64,000 bases of DNA from Eledone cirrhosa (Eukaryota), in assembly GCA_964016885.1 (NCBI GenBank), contig OZ024762.1, forward strand, positions 2,356,001-2,420,000, read 5' to 3'. Position 1 is the first letter of the stretch. Every line of letters begins with the position of its first letter. Position numbers and translations under genes: made by a program. The notes beneath the pieces are model-generated. The model was not told the DNA's origin. It searched no databases and saw nothing but the letters and a program-made list of their open reading frames with translations. This document shows positions 28,276 through 39,702 of this stretch, piece after piece.

Positions 28276-28344
28276 CATATGTGTGCATGTAAGAAATAGT
28301 AGCGTTCATGTAGAGGTTAGTGAAGAGTCTTGTCCTAGGGGTTA

Positions 28345-29519
28345 GGGCTGATCGTAAAATTCTCTCACCTCTTTCTCTTCAAACTGGTTGTAACCAGCTG
28401 CTCATACTGATTCTATTCTCAAAATATATTATATTAAAATCTCATAGATTTGATATGATGTGAGAAAATTATGTGAGGTAAAGCCTTTATGAAAATATAA
28501 TAGTATATATAGAGTAATGTAAATGTTATGTGAGATATTATGTGAGGTAAAGCCTTTACTGTGAAAATACAATAGTATATATAGAGTAATGTAAATGTTA
28601 TGTGAGATATTATGTGAGGTAAAGCCTTTACTGTGAAAATACAATAGTATATATAGGGTAATGTAAATGTTATGTGAGATATTATGTGAGGTAAAGCCTT
28701 TACTGTGACAATACAATAGTATATATAGAGTAATGTAAATGTTATGTGAGATATTATGTGAGGTAAAGCCTTTACTGTGAAAATACAATAGTATATATAG
28801 AGTAATGTAAATGTTATGTGAGATATTATGTGAGGTAAAGCCTTTACTGTGAAAATACAATAGTATATATAGAGTAATGTAAATGTTATGTGAGATATTA
28901 TGTGAGGTAAAGCCTTTACTGTGAAAATACAATAGTATATATAGAGTAATGTAAATGTTATGTGAGATATTATGTGAGGTAAAGCCTTTACTGTGAAAAT
29001 ACAATAGTATATATAGAGTAATGTAAATGTTATGTGAGATATTATGTGAGGTAAAGCCTTTACTGTGAAAATACAATAGTATATATAGAGTAATGTAAAT
29101 GTTATGTGAGATATTATGTGAGGTAAAGCCTTTACTGTGAAAATACAATAGTATATATAGAGTAATGTAAATGTTATGTGAGGTATTATGTGAGGTAAAG
29201 CCTTTACTGTGAAAATACAATAGTATATATAGAGTAATGTAAATGTTATGTGAGATATTATGTGAGATAAAGCCTTTACTGTGAAAATATAATATTACCT
29301 CACATAATACCTCACATAACATTTACATTACTCTATATATACTATTGTATTTTCACAGTAAAGGCTTTACCTCACATAATATCAAATCTATGATATTTTG
29401 ATATTATTTATTTTGAGAACAATAACTTAACATCAGTATTAGTGACCAGATACGGCCGGTTTAAACAGAAAGAGGTGAGAGAATTCTGGTGAGATACGAC
29501 CAGTTTAACTGCTAAAGGG
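28345..29519. mobile_element. piggyBac-type MITE with 69-bp array and internal strand inversion
   Basis: Array 28450-29290 in one orientation flips at about 29295 and ends GCTAAAGGG-TTAA at 29519-29523. Confidence 0.7.
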
Positions 29520-29523
29520 TTAA

Positions 29524-29830
29524 GAGGAATCTGAGGTGGCTGCATTGGTACGGACATGTGTGTATGGATGATGACCAATGGGTGAAGAAATGCCAGGAAA
29601 TGCCAGCGGAAGGAAGCCGAAGTAGAGGTAGACCAAGAAAGACCTGGGAAGAGGTGGTGAGAGCTGACCTGAAATTGCTGAGACTGACAGGAAATGACAA
29701 GTGGAGAGGTGCTGAAAAGGACATGTCCAACTCATGAAAACGTGGAAAAACAGACATAAAAACAATGATGGTGATGGCGATGACGATGATGATGATGATG
29801 TTGTTTATGATGATGATGGTGATGATGACT
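29524..29830 (+). mobile_element. RTE LINE 3' fragment
   Basis: LRWLHWYGHV..DDQWVKKCQEM..GRPRKTWEEVV, followed by a (GAT)n tail. Confidence 0.75.
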
Positions 29831-30033
29831 TTGCTGGTTTTGTTAATTTTTTGCTTGGTCATTTGGTTTGTCGAGTTTTGTGGCTGAATAATTATATTTG
29901 TGTGGTGGTCATGGTTGGTTTGAGGTCCATCTGATATTCTGATGTCAGATGGAGTTGTGAGAGAAAGTGTTTATATAAAACATATTACCGATATTCTGTT
30001 TGATATCAGTGTTTCTGTTTTTTTTCTCTCCAG

Positions 30034-31248
30034 CACCACTGCGGATTTTATCGAACCATGCTGGACCCATGTCTAATAGGAGCGGATAAAATTCTTGAAA
30101 AATTTGGTTATCGAACTGTACACGGAGAATCTTTTCAATTAAATGTGAAGCCCGACTTGGATTGCCTTTCAGAAATGGCCCTTCAGTGCCTATTTGCATT
30201 CAGTGAGTTGAAGATCATGAAAAAAGCCTGCGAAGCAGCTCAGTCCAATGATTATGAAAGCGCTTTATTGATGCATCTAGAGACAGGAGGAAGCAGTAAA
30301 GAATTGGCTGAGAAATTAAGGTCAGAAGAAAACAATATGTTCAGTAGAAGCAGTGAGGCAAATACACACAACAATTATTCGATTTGTTATAGTGAAAGTG
30401 TTTCCCCACCTGCGTATTCTTCACATACGACAGGTAGGGCATTATCGGATCACCACGAATATGTAAGCATCGATAAGTACCCGGTTACTTCATCGTACAA
30501 ACATTTGCCTAAGAACTATTTTTCAACTCAGTTATCCCGCAACCCCAGAATCTTCAAAAACCAACGACCCCTATGTTTACAGGCAGACAGCTGTAGTGAC
30601 AATGGCTATTTGCTACATGCATCAGCACAGGACTGCTTTTCTGGTGCGAGTCCTATCTATGAGAAATCCGTGAGTTCCCCACCATACATGGCAACCAACA
30701 ATTACGCCGTAAGCTCCAACATAGCCACTTCTCCTTACAAAGCAGACTCAATTTACCGAGACTCCTCATACGGCTCTTTGTATGACGAAGTATCGCTGAA
30801 CTTACAGCCAAACCACAGCTGTAAACCGAGACAACCGATGGAACACTCGCTGGAAAAGCCCTACGCTGATTACAATGGATGCAGCAAACCTTTTGAACGG
30901 AACACACCGTCGCCACAGTCCCTAGTTGCAGATTTAACGCGTGACTATCAATCCAAGCTTAATTTCGGCAGCAGCGACTCGCTTTCGTCTGAAAACTATT
31001 GGCATTGTAGTATATGTACTTATAAAAATCAGGTAGGTTTTACATCGTGCCAAACCTGCGGTGGCAGTCAGTATCCTAATGCCAGCTCAGGCAGCCAGTA
31101 TCCTAATGCCAGCTCAGGCAGCCAGGAGATGAGCCATAAAGAAAGTGGTGAGAGGGCGTGTGAAAACTGTACGCTAAAGAACGCAGTCACTGCACGCAAG
31201 TGTCAACTATGTGGACAACAATTTAAAGGCTTTCAGACATCTGTATAA
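30034..31248 (+). CDS. SPATA2: SPATA2/Tamozhennic-like protein, terminal coding exon (rest of PUB domain, Ser-rich linker, two RanBP2-type zinc fingers)
   Basis: Strong acceptor ttctgttttttttctctccag|CAC at 30034, phase 0, joining to give WTIK-HHCGFYRTMLDPCLIGADKILEKFGY; C-terminal WHCSICTYKN...CQTCG and CENCTLKN...CQLCG; stop TAA at 31246-31248. Spliced product is 498 aa. Confidence 0.88.
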   Translation, partial: HHCGFYRTMLDPCLIGADKILEKFGYRTVHGESFQLNVKPDLDCLSEMALQCLFAFSELKIMKKACEAAQSNDYESALLMHLETGGSSKELAEKLRSEENNMFSRSSEANTHNNYSICYSESVSPPAYSSHTTGRALSDHHEYVSIDKYPVTSSYKHLPKNYFSTQLSRNPRIFKNQRPLCLQADSCSDNGYLLHASAQDCFSGASPIYEKSVSSPPYMATNNYAVSSNIATSPYKADSIYRDSSYGSLYDEVSLNLQPNHSCKPRQPMEHSLEKPYADYNGCSKPFERNTPSPQSLVADLTRDYQSKLNFGSSDSLSSENYWHCSICTYKNQVGFTSCQTCGGSQYPNASSGSQYPNASSGSQEMSHKESGERACENCTLKNAVTARKCQLCGQQFKGFQTSV

Positions 31249-31269
31249 CCAGTTATCAAAGCTTTTTTG

Positions 31270-31727
31270 ATGATTGTTTATCACATATGTGTATATAGCC
31301 AGTTATCTCACAAGTGTATATAGCTAGTTATACACACATGTGTATATAGCTAGTTATACACACATGCGTATAGCTAGTTATACACACATGTGTATATATA
31401 GCTAGTTATACACACATGTGCATATATAGCCAGTTACCTCACAAGTGTATATAGCTAGTTATACACACGTGTACATAGCTAGTTATACACACGTGTATAG
31501 CTAGTTATCCACACACGTGTGTGTATAGCTAGTTATACACATGTGTATAACTAGTTATATATACACGTGTGTATAGCTAGTAGCCAGCTGCCACATGTGG
31601 ATGTAGCTAGCTGCCACATGTGGATGTAGCCAATTGCCACAGGTGGGTGTAGCCAATTGCCACATGTGGATATAGCCAGCTGCCACATGTGGATATAGCC
31701 AGCTACCACATGTGGATATAGCCAGCT
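31270..31727. repeat. Degenerate 22-26-bp tandem repeats directly after the SPATA2-like stop
   Basis: tatagctagttatacacacatgtg units, then atagccagctgccacatgtgg units. Confidence 0.8.
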
Positions 31728-31991
31728 ATTCCCCCACCCACCCCACACACACACACTCCATTATTCTGTTTTAAAATTCTATGGAAGAAAATTGAACACA
31801 ACTCTTGTGAAATTTTGGGAATTTGACCAAAAAATAGGGTTAATATATATATATATATGTGTGTGTGTGTATGTAAAAGGTAAACAGAAATAACAACATA
31901 ATCGGTACATTATATGGAAGGAATATATTAGTTTAATGCTTGATATAGCAGGAAATCTTTTCGTATCACTGATATTTTCTTCGCTTCTTGC

Positions 31992-32046
<55 letters not shown>

Positions 32047-32573
32047 GAGTATATAGAGAAGAAAGTACAAAAGGGTATTTTTTTCAATTGCGAGGGGTAG
32101 AGAACCAGAAAATTAATGCAAGGCTTTAACCCCGTTTTTTCGTTTGATATATATATATAATTACATAATAAACAACACAATATAATTATTTCACTACCTT
32201 TTTCGTCAGACAAAACACACACAGACACACACATATATATATATGTATATACAATGATATTAATAAATGGAAACTATATTTATAAAACCATATTTATTCT
32301 ATTATATAGATTTCAAGGGTACCAAAACTTTGGTTCGCTCCAGAAAACCTATTGAGAGCTTTGAATCTGATAAAAATATATTTGTTGAATTACCAACAAA
32401 TTAAATATCCCTTTGCTTATATATATAGATAGAACACTGGAAGGTAATATCCGTAGTGGTAGAGCACTCAGTCCATGGGACGAGTTAGGTAGAAGTGGTT
32501 ACACAACAGTTCGTTCACCATACCGAGAACAATTGTTCTCGGTATGGTGAACGAACTGTTGTGTTACCACTTC

Positions 32574-32606
<33 letters not shown>

Positions 32607-34616
32607 TTATTATAAGAACAAATTAAAGTTTAAGCAAAGAATCGTTGCTTTCACCCTTAACGGGATCTTCTGAAACTTTTCAGAAGATCCCGTGAAAGCA
32701 GCGATTCTTTGCTTAATCTTTAATCTGTTCTTATAATAAATATTTGCTCAACGGGTTTATATATATATTATGTATATATATAATCCTAATCGAGCCCTCT
32801 TTGGATTTTAGTCTTCACATTTATTATTACTATATATATATTATAGGGTAAAAAATCTCATTATTTGATATAGAAATGGCTTCTACAGGACTAGAATAAA
32901 ACAGTTCTAGTCCTGTAGAAGTAATTTCTATTTGAAATAATGATGTTCACACTCTACTAATGTATTGAGTAGTTTATATAGTGTGGTTACCCCTGGTGAT
33001 ACAACTGTATAAGACAGTCAGATATTTAAAGCTCTAATGTAATTTTGTCAATATCCAGATTGCCAAAAGACGGATCAGAGATAAAGCTGATCTATAGATT
33101 TGCAATATCACAAGTATATATATAAAATGAAAGGATCACTAAAGTTCAATACATTGATACATCATTTGATTGATTTAAGAGTGGTGGATTGGCAGCATTG
33201 GACGTTTTGCGGCATAGTCACATTCCTTTAAGGTCTGAGTGAGCTTAAATCCCGCCAAAGTTAACTTTACCTTTCATCATTTCTGGGTCGATAAAATAAA
33301 GTACCAGTCACACACTGGGTTTGATTTAATCAACATTACCCTCTCCCCAAAATTGCTGGCCTTGTGGCTAAATCAGAAACTATTATTATGGTGGATTGGT
33401 AGAGCGTCGGACACTCTGCTTCGTGGCATAGTTACGGCCCTTCACGTTGAGTTCAAATTCCGTCGAGGTTAGCTTTGCGCTTCAACCTGACAGGGTCAAT
33501 AGAGCACCAGTAATATACTGGCGTTGATTTAATCGACTTCCCCGCCCTCTTCCAAAATTATTGGCCTTGTGCCTAAACAAGAAACTATTATTTAATTGAT
33601 TTACATATGTTTCATCTTACTACAAAGATTGTAGCATTCAATACGTTTGTAACTAACTCTTCAGCATTCTTATATATAATGTAAAAAAGACATTTGTAAA
33701 ACGGAGAAAATGTACTGTATGTATTTTGTGTTATTATTGTTGTCGTCTGATGTGAGGTGTTTTTTATTTATATTTTATTGTAGTAGTAATATTAATAATA
33801 ATAATAATAATAATAATGAAACACAGAAAATACAAACCCAAAACCCCAGGCCTTACAAATATATACAGCATACATACTACTAGGTACTGTATATATATTA
33901 CAAAAAGTACTATCAATACAATAGAAACATCAGCAGAAACTACACTTCACATGGCCAAGGTACACAGAGCTGTGCTCGGTAAAGCAGTAATGATGTGCAA
34001 TGTTTTCTTTATTAACCACAAGGGTTGACATAAAGTATAACATTAAGGACAGCACAAATGGACATTTCTGCGTGTAAAGAAAAAACAATAACAAAGGAAA
34101 ATTCCCTAATAAGGGGGAGACTTCTGAGGGCCACTCGTGGAGAAAGTCCATTAAAAAAGCCACATAAAAAAACAGATCTGCTAATCGGTTGACACAGTCG
34201 TCAAGACATCACCAATTAACCTTTAACCCACTTGGCGCTGTCGGTGATATAAGTCGCTGAGAGTATACATGATATAGCGTCAAGCAAAGTAAGTGATAAA
34301 ACAATTCAGTGTGCTGAAGGTTAAATAGAAGAATCACCACACAACACTGCACGTTCTATACAATAAGCACACAGTATTATTAAAAGTGCATTGTAAGGGC
34401 AGTAGAATTGGTAGAGCGTTGGGCACCATTCCTTGCAGCATAGAGTTAAGGCCCTTTACGTTTAGTTCAAATCACGCCGAGGTTAGCTTTGTCTTTCATC
34501 CTTACGGGGGTTGATAAAATAAAGTACCAGTAATGAACAGGGGTTGATTTAAACGACTTTGCCCTCCCCCAAAATTGCTGGCCTTGTGCCTAAAGTAGAA
34601 GCAATTATTAAAGGCT

Positions 34617-34755
34617 CATGGCTTAGTGGTTAGAACGTTAGGCTTGCAATTGAGAGGTTGTGAGTTCGTTTCTTGGACCGGGTGATTTGTTGTGTCCTTG
34701 AGCAAAACACTTTATTTTTCATGTTGTTCCAGTTTACTCAGCTGTAGAAATGAGT
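34617..34755 (+). mobile_element. tRNA-derived CORE-type SINE (family 2)
   Basis: catggcttagtggttag..gtgagttcg..tgtgtccttgagcaaaacacttta; minus-strand copies at about 17495-17640, 18088-18232 and 28090-28205. Confidence 0.75.
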
Positions 34756-34820
34756 TGCGACGTCACTGGTGCCAAGCTCTATCGGCCATTGCCTTTCCTT
34801 TGGACATCATCATCTATATG

Positions 34821-34860
<40 letters not shown>

Positions 34861-35059
34861 TGTAGATAGTGTATATCATGTATATATAATGATGTCACTG
34901 GTGCCAAGCTCTATCATATAGCGTGTGGCTGAGTGTGTATATTATATATATAAGGTTTTAAATTAACTAGTTCTATCTCTGGTACAGACTCTACCACCAA
35001 GGGTAGACCACACTGAAATATATATGTATATACATATATATATATATAGATATATATAC

Positions 35060-35118
<59 letters not shown>

Positions 35119-35914
35119 TATAGTAAAAGAGTGAAGAATAACGTGGTCGGCTGTACAATAGGGTTTATTTAAAATATTAACAATTGTTTCATTAGTCTGG
35201 TCCCCCTCATCACTGCACTACCACCCCTATTACTACTACTACTATTATTATTATTATTATTAAGGGCGGTGGATTGGCAGTATCGGTAGAGGGTCAGACG
35301 CCATGCTTTCCAGCATAGAGTTATGTCCCTTTACGGTCTGAGTTCAAATCCCGTCGAGGTTAACTTTGCCTTTCATCCTTACGGGGTCGATAAAATAAAG
35401 TAGCAGTAATACACTGGGGTAATTGCTGGCATTGTGCCAAAAGTAGAAACAATTATTATCATTAATGTTATTATTATTATTCTTTACATTTATCTTCTTC
35501 TCCATGCATCTATAAAAACCCACATTAAGAAAACAGATTATACAGGACAATAAAAATGTAGGGTTTTTTGTGTGTAAAATAAAATTTATAAAAGAAAATA
35601 CAGATTTCAAACAAACATAATATACTCCCCAAAGTTGGGGAGACTCTAAGAGCACTCGTGTATAAGTCCCATAAAAGTCAGGGTCATCTTGTCCGCTAGG
35701 GCACTTTGCCCTCTCCTAGTTTTTCTCCTCCAATCTACAGGTATGTGCTGAAGGCAGGTCCATTCACACTGACCATGCTTGCCTCTCCCACAAACTTTAT
35801 TAACCAATGGGGGCAATGAACAGAAACATGGAATTTATCATTTATATATAAATGTGTAAACAAATATGTAAACAAGGTTACTGGTGTTGTTTTTTTTGTT
35901 GTTTTTTTTCTTTA

Positions 35915-36452
35915 ACCGTTTATTTAGCATTTAAACTGTCCATATCCAGCCAGAATTCTCTCGCCTCTTTCAGTTCAAACCAACTGTAACTGGTCCCTCA
36001 TACTGATGTTAAGGTATTGTTCTCAAAATGAGTAACATCAAAATCTCATAGATTTGATATTATGTGAGATATTATGTGAGTTAAAGCCTTTACTGTGAAA
36101 ATACAATAATATATATAGAGTAATGTAAATGGTGTGTGAGATATTATGTGAGGTAAAGCCTTTACTGTGAAAATACAATAGTATATATAGAGTAATGGAA
36201 ATGTTATGTGAGGTAAAGCCTTTACTGTGAAAATACAATAGTATATATAGAGTAATGTAAATATTATGTGAGGTAAAGCCTTTACTGTGAAAATACAATA
36301 GTATATATAGAGTAATGTAAATGTTATGTGAAGTAAAGCCTTTACTGTGAAAATACAATAGTATATATAGAGTAATGGAAATGTTATGTGAGATATGTGA
36401 GGTAAAGCCTTTACTGTGAAAATACAATAGTATATATAGAGTAATGTAAATA
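35915..36452 (-). mobile_element. piggyBac-type MITE, 69/58-bp unit array
   Basis: Same MITE body and unit; several units lack 11 bp. Confidence 0.7.
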
Positions 36453-37278
36453 CTGAATGGTTGAATCTTGCTGAGGTCAACTTTAACTTTTAAGCCACTC
36501 CAGGGTAGATAGAATGAAGTACCAGTTAACAAGCTCTGGTGTTGATATAATCGACTTTCCTTCTCTCCCCTAAAATTGTTAACTTTGAGTCTAAATCAGA
36601 AACCTATCTTACTACATTATATTACCAACCTCTAACTCTTGTGTTTCTTGTTGACTAATCGTCACCGAATGTTTTACCCAGCCAACAGGTCTACTACTAC
36701 ATTCTTTGTGGATTATATATATATATATATATATATTATACACACACACACACATATATATGCTAGCGTGGAAGATAGACGTTAAATGATGATGATATAC
36801 ACACACACACACACACACATATATATTTATATATATATATATACACACACACACATATATAACTAACAAATAATTTATTGCTCTACATGGCTGAATACAA
36901 TAAATGTAATCTGAGATTTTCAAATATTAATAATAATATTCAATTCGTTTCGTTTACAATTATGCAAACAGCCTCTTTAAAGCCACGTCAGTAGAATGAG
37001 TCCCTCATTCTTGTATTGACATGTAAACAGAATTGCAGACACTAATGTTTCTTAGTGTCTGTTTACATGTCAACACAAGAATGACGGAGGTCATTCTACT
37101 GACATGGCTTTAAAGAGGCTGTTTGCATAATTGTAAACAAAACAAATCAAATATTATTATTAATATAGATATATATATACATACATATATATATATATAT
37201 TTATTTATACACACATATATATATAAACAAGAAGTGTAAGTCAACAGGTTAAAATTAACTTTGTTTATTCATATTCGG

Positions 37279-37333
37279 TGCTATATATATTTCAGTAATA
37301 GCCATTATTCAACAGCTATGACCTCATCAGGCA
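37279..37333 (-). ncRNA. Minimal type I hammerhead ribozyme
   Basis: UGC-CUGAUGA-GGU-C-AUAGC...GCUAU-U-ACU-GAAA-UAUAUA-UA/GCA; palindromic stem III. Confidence 0.6.
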
Positions 37334-37492
37334 ATAAAAACAGGAAAACATAATGTTGTAATAGGTTTTACCTTGTTAATCCATTGATCTGTTCAGCTCC
37401 AGAATGTGGTGTTAGTCCTGTAAGGAACTTGTATATACTCTGTGTGTCGGTAACAACCAACACATACTCAAAATTATATCTATATATATATA

Positions 37493-37535
<43 letters not shown>

Positions 37536-37584
37536 CCTTCTACAGTACTAGAACTGTTTCATTCAAAGGAAATCATCAGGAAAG
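37536..37584 (-). ncRNA. Type I hammerhead ribozyme (family A)
   Basis: CUUUC-CUGAUGA-UUUC-CUUU-GAAU-GAAA-CAG-UUCUAGUA-CUG-UA/GAAGG; a mirrored + strand copy at 37587-37630 lacks the 5' strand of stem I. Confidence 0.75.
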
Positions 37585-37923
37585 CCCTGATGATTTCCTT
37601 CGAATGAAACAGTTCTAGTCCTGTAGAAGCCATTTCTATATTAACCCTTTAGCATTTAAACCGGCTGTAACCGGCCAGAATTCTCTAACCTCTTTCTGTT
37701 CAAACTGGTCGTAACTGGCTGCTCATACTTATGTTAAGGTATTGTTCTCAAAATAAATACTATCAGTAACATTAAGTACTGGCGTGATCTGTGACAACTC
37801 ATTCAACCCTTGCTGGCAGGGGAAATAGCCATTAAATGATGATGATGATGGTCACAGCTGGAAGAATTCTAGCCAATGGGCAGCTTGTTTAGTGATGACT
37901 TGCAAATAAATAACAAACCTTAA

Positions 37924-38752
37924 CCCTTCAGCATTTAAACCAGCCGTATTCTCACCTCATTCTGCTCAAACCGGCTGTAACTGGCCGCTCATACTGATGG
38001 TAAGGTATTGTTCTCAAAATAAATAAATATCAAAATCTCATAGATTTGATATTATGTGAGATAAAGCCTTTACTGTGAAAATACAATAGTATATCTAGAG
38101 TAATGTAAATGTTATGTGAGATATTATGTGAGGTAAAGCCTTTACTGTGAAAATACAATAGTATATATAGAGTAATGTAAATGTTATGTGAGATATGCAA
38201 GGTAAAGCCTTTACTGTGAAAATACAATAGTATATATAGAGTAATGTAAATGTTGTGTGAGATATAATGTGAGGTAAAGCCTTTACTGTGAAAATACAAT
38301 AGTATATATAGAGTAATGTAAATGTTATGTGAGGTAAAGCCTTTACTGTGAAAATACAATAGTATATATAGAGTAATGTAAATGTTATGTGAGATATTAT
38401 GTGAGGTAAAGCCTTTACTGTGAAAATACAATAGTATATATAGAGTAATGTAAATGTTATGTGAGATATTATGTGAGGTAAAGCCTTTACTGTGAAAATA
38501 CAATAGTATATATAGAGTAATGTAAATGTTATGTGAGATATTATGTGAGGTAAAGCCTTTACTGTGAAAATACAATAGTATATATAGAGTAATGTAAATG
38601 TTATGTGAGATATTATGTGAGGTAAAGCCTTTACTGTGAAAATACAATAGTATATATAGAGTAATGTAAATGTTGTGTGAGATATTATGTGAGGTAAAGC
38701 CTTTACTGTGAAAATACAATAGTATATAGAGAGTAATGTAGATGGTAAAGGG
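37924..38752 (-). mobile_element. piggyBac-type MITE with about 10 copies of the 69-bp unit
   Basis: TTAA-CCCTTCAGCATTT...GATGGTAAAGGG-TTTA; unit tgtgaaaatacaatagtatatatagagtaatgtaaatgttatgtgagatattatgtgaggtaaagcctttac. Confidence 0.8.
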
Positions 38753-39042
38753 TTTATGCAGTGTATACTGCAATGTTTAATCTCAGAGACAGAATGTTTT
38801 AATAAAAGGTGTGATGGTCATGGCTGGAACAATTTAGATTGCTGGTCTGTTGGATCAGGGTTGAAGTGTGAGGACTAAACAACAACAAGGAGGAAAGGCA
38901 CATTAGATGATGTATTCCTAGATACACATTCCCTGAGTAAAAAATGGGGTAGAAATGGCTGGATCATATTTGACCATAAGTCTGTTGGAGTTGGGCTGGC
39001 CTGTGGTTAAACAACTATAACATTAACAAAGTTGTATTCAAT

Positions 39043-39220
39043 ACAGATGTAGATGGTGACATGTAACAGTTGACAGATGTAGATGGTGACATGTAACAGT
39101 TGACAGATGTAGATGGTAACATGTAACAGTTGACAGATGTAGATGGTAACATGTAACAGTTGACAGATGTAGATGGTAACATGTAACATGTAACAGTTGA
39201 CAGATGTAGATGGTAACAGA
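39043..39220. repeat. 30-bp minisatellite
   Basis: Unit acagatgtagatggtaacatgtaacagttg, about 5-6 copies. Confidence 0.9.
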
Positions 39221-39702
39221 TGACATGGAACTGGTGACAGATCTAGATGGTAACAGATGTGACTATACAGATGTAAATGTTGACATGTAACTACAGCTGC
39301 AGATAGATGACAGATGTAACTATAGTTGAAACCATGGTAACAAATATAAGTTTACAATTGCATCTGGAAGAAAAAATGTGATTGTACAGCTGTAAGTGGA
39401 GTAACACATCTCACTGCTCAATGGCAGATGTTTTACATTTCAGTTGCATCTGAAGTGACATGACTCTAGTGTTACAATTGAGACAGTCCATGTGACTGTA
39501 CAGATGTAAGCAATGTGATTTTAACAGATGTAACTGTACAGACAACAAAATTGAGGGGATTGAACCCTCTAGTAAAGAATGTGAGAATACAGCTATACAC
39601 ATGAGTGTATCTGTAGGCATCTTCTCTCCGTAACCTCTTCAGTGCTGTAGAGAAGATAACTTATCCTAAGTGCCACGGACGAGATAACTCGTCCTATCAT
39701 GT

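Noticed and set aside
28429-29322. 297-aa repeat ORF (YFHSKGFTSHNISHNIYITLYILL)
   Set aside because: Read-through of the 69-bp MITE array, found at many loci in both orientations.
30653-30916. Antisense ORFs over real exons (also 50684-51167)
   Set aside because: Shadow frames of the coding exons.
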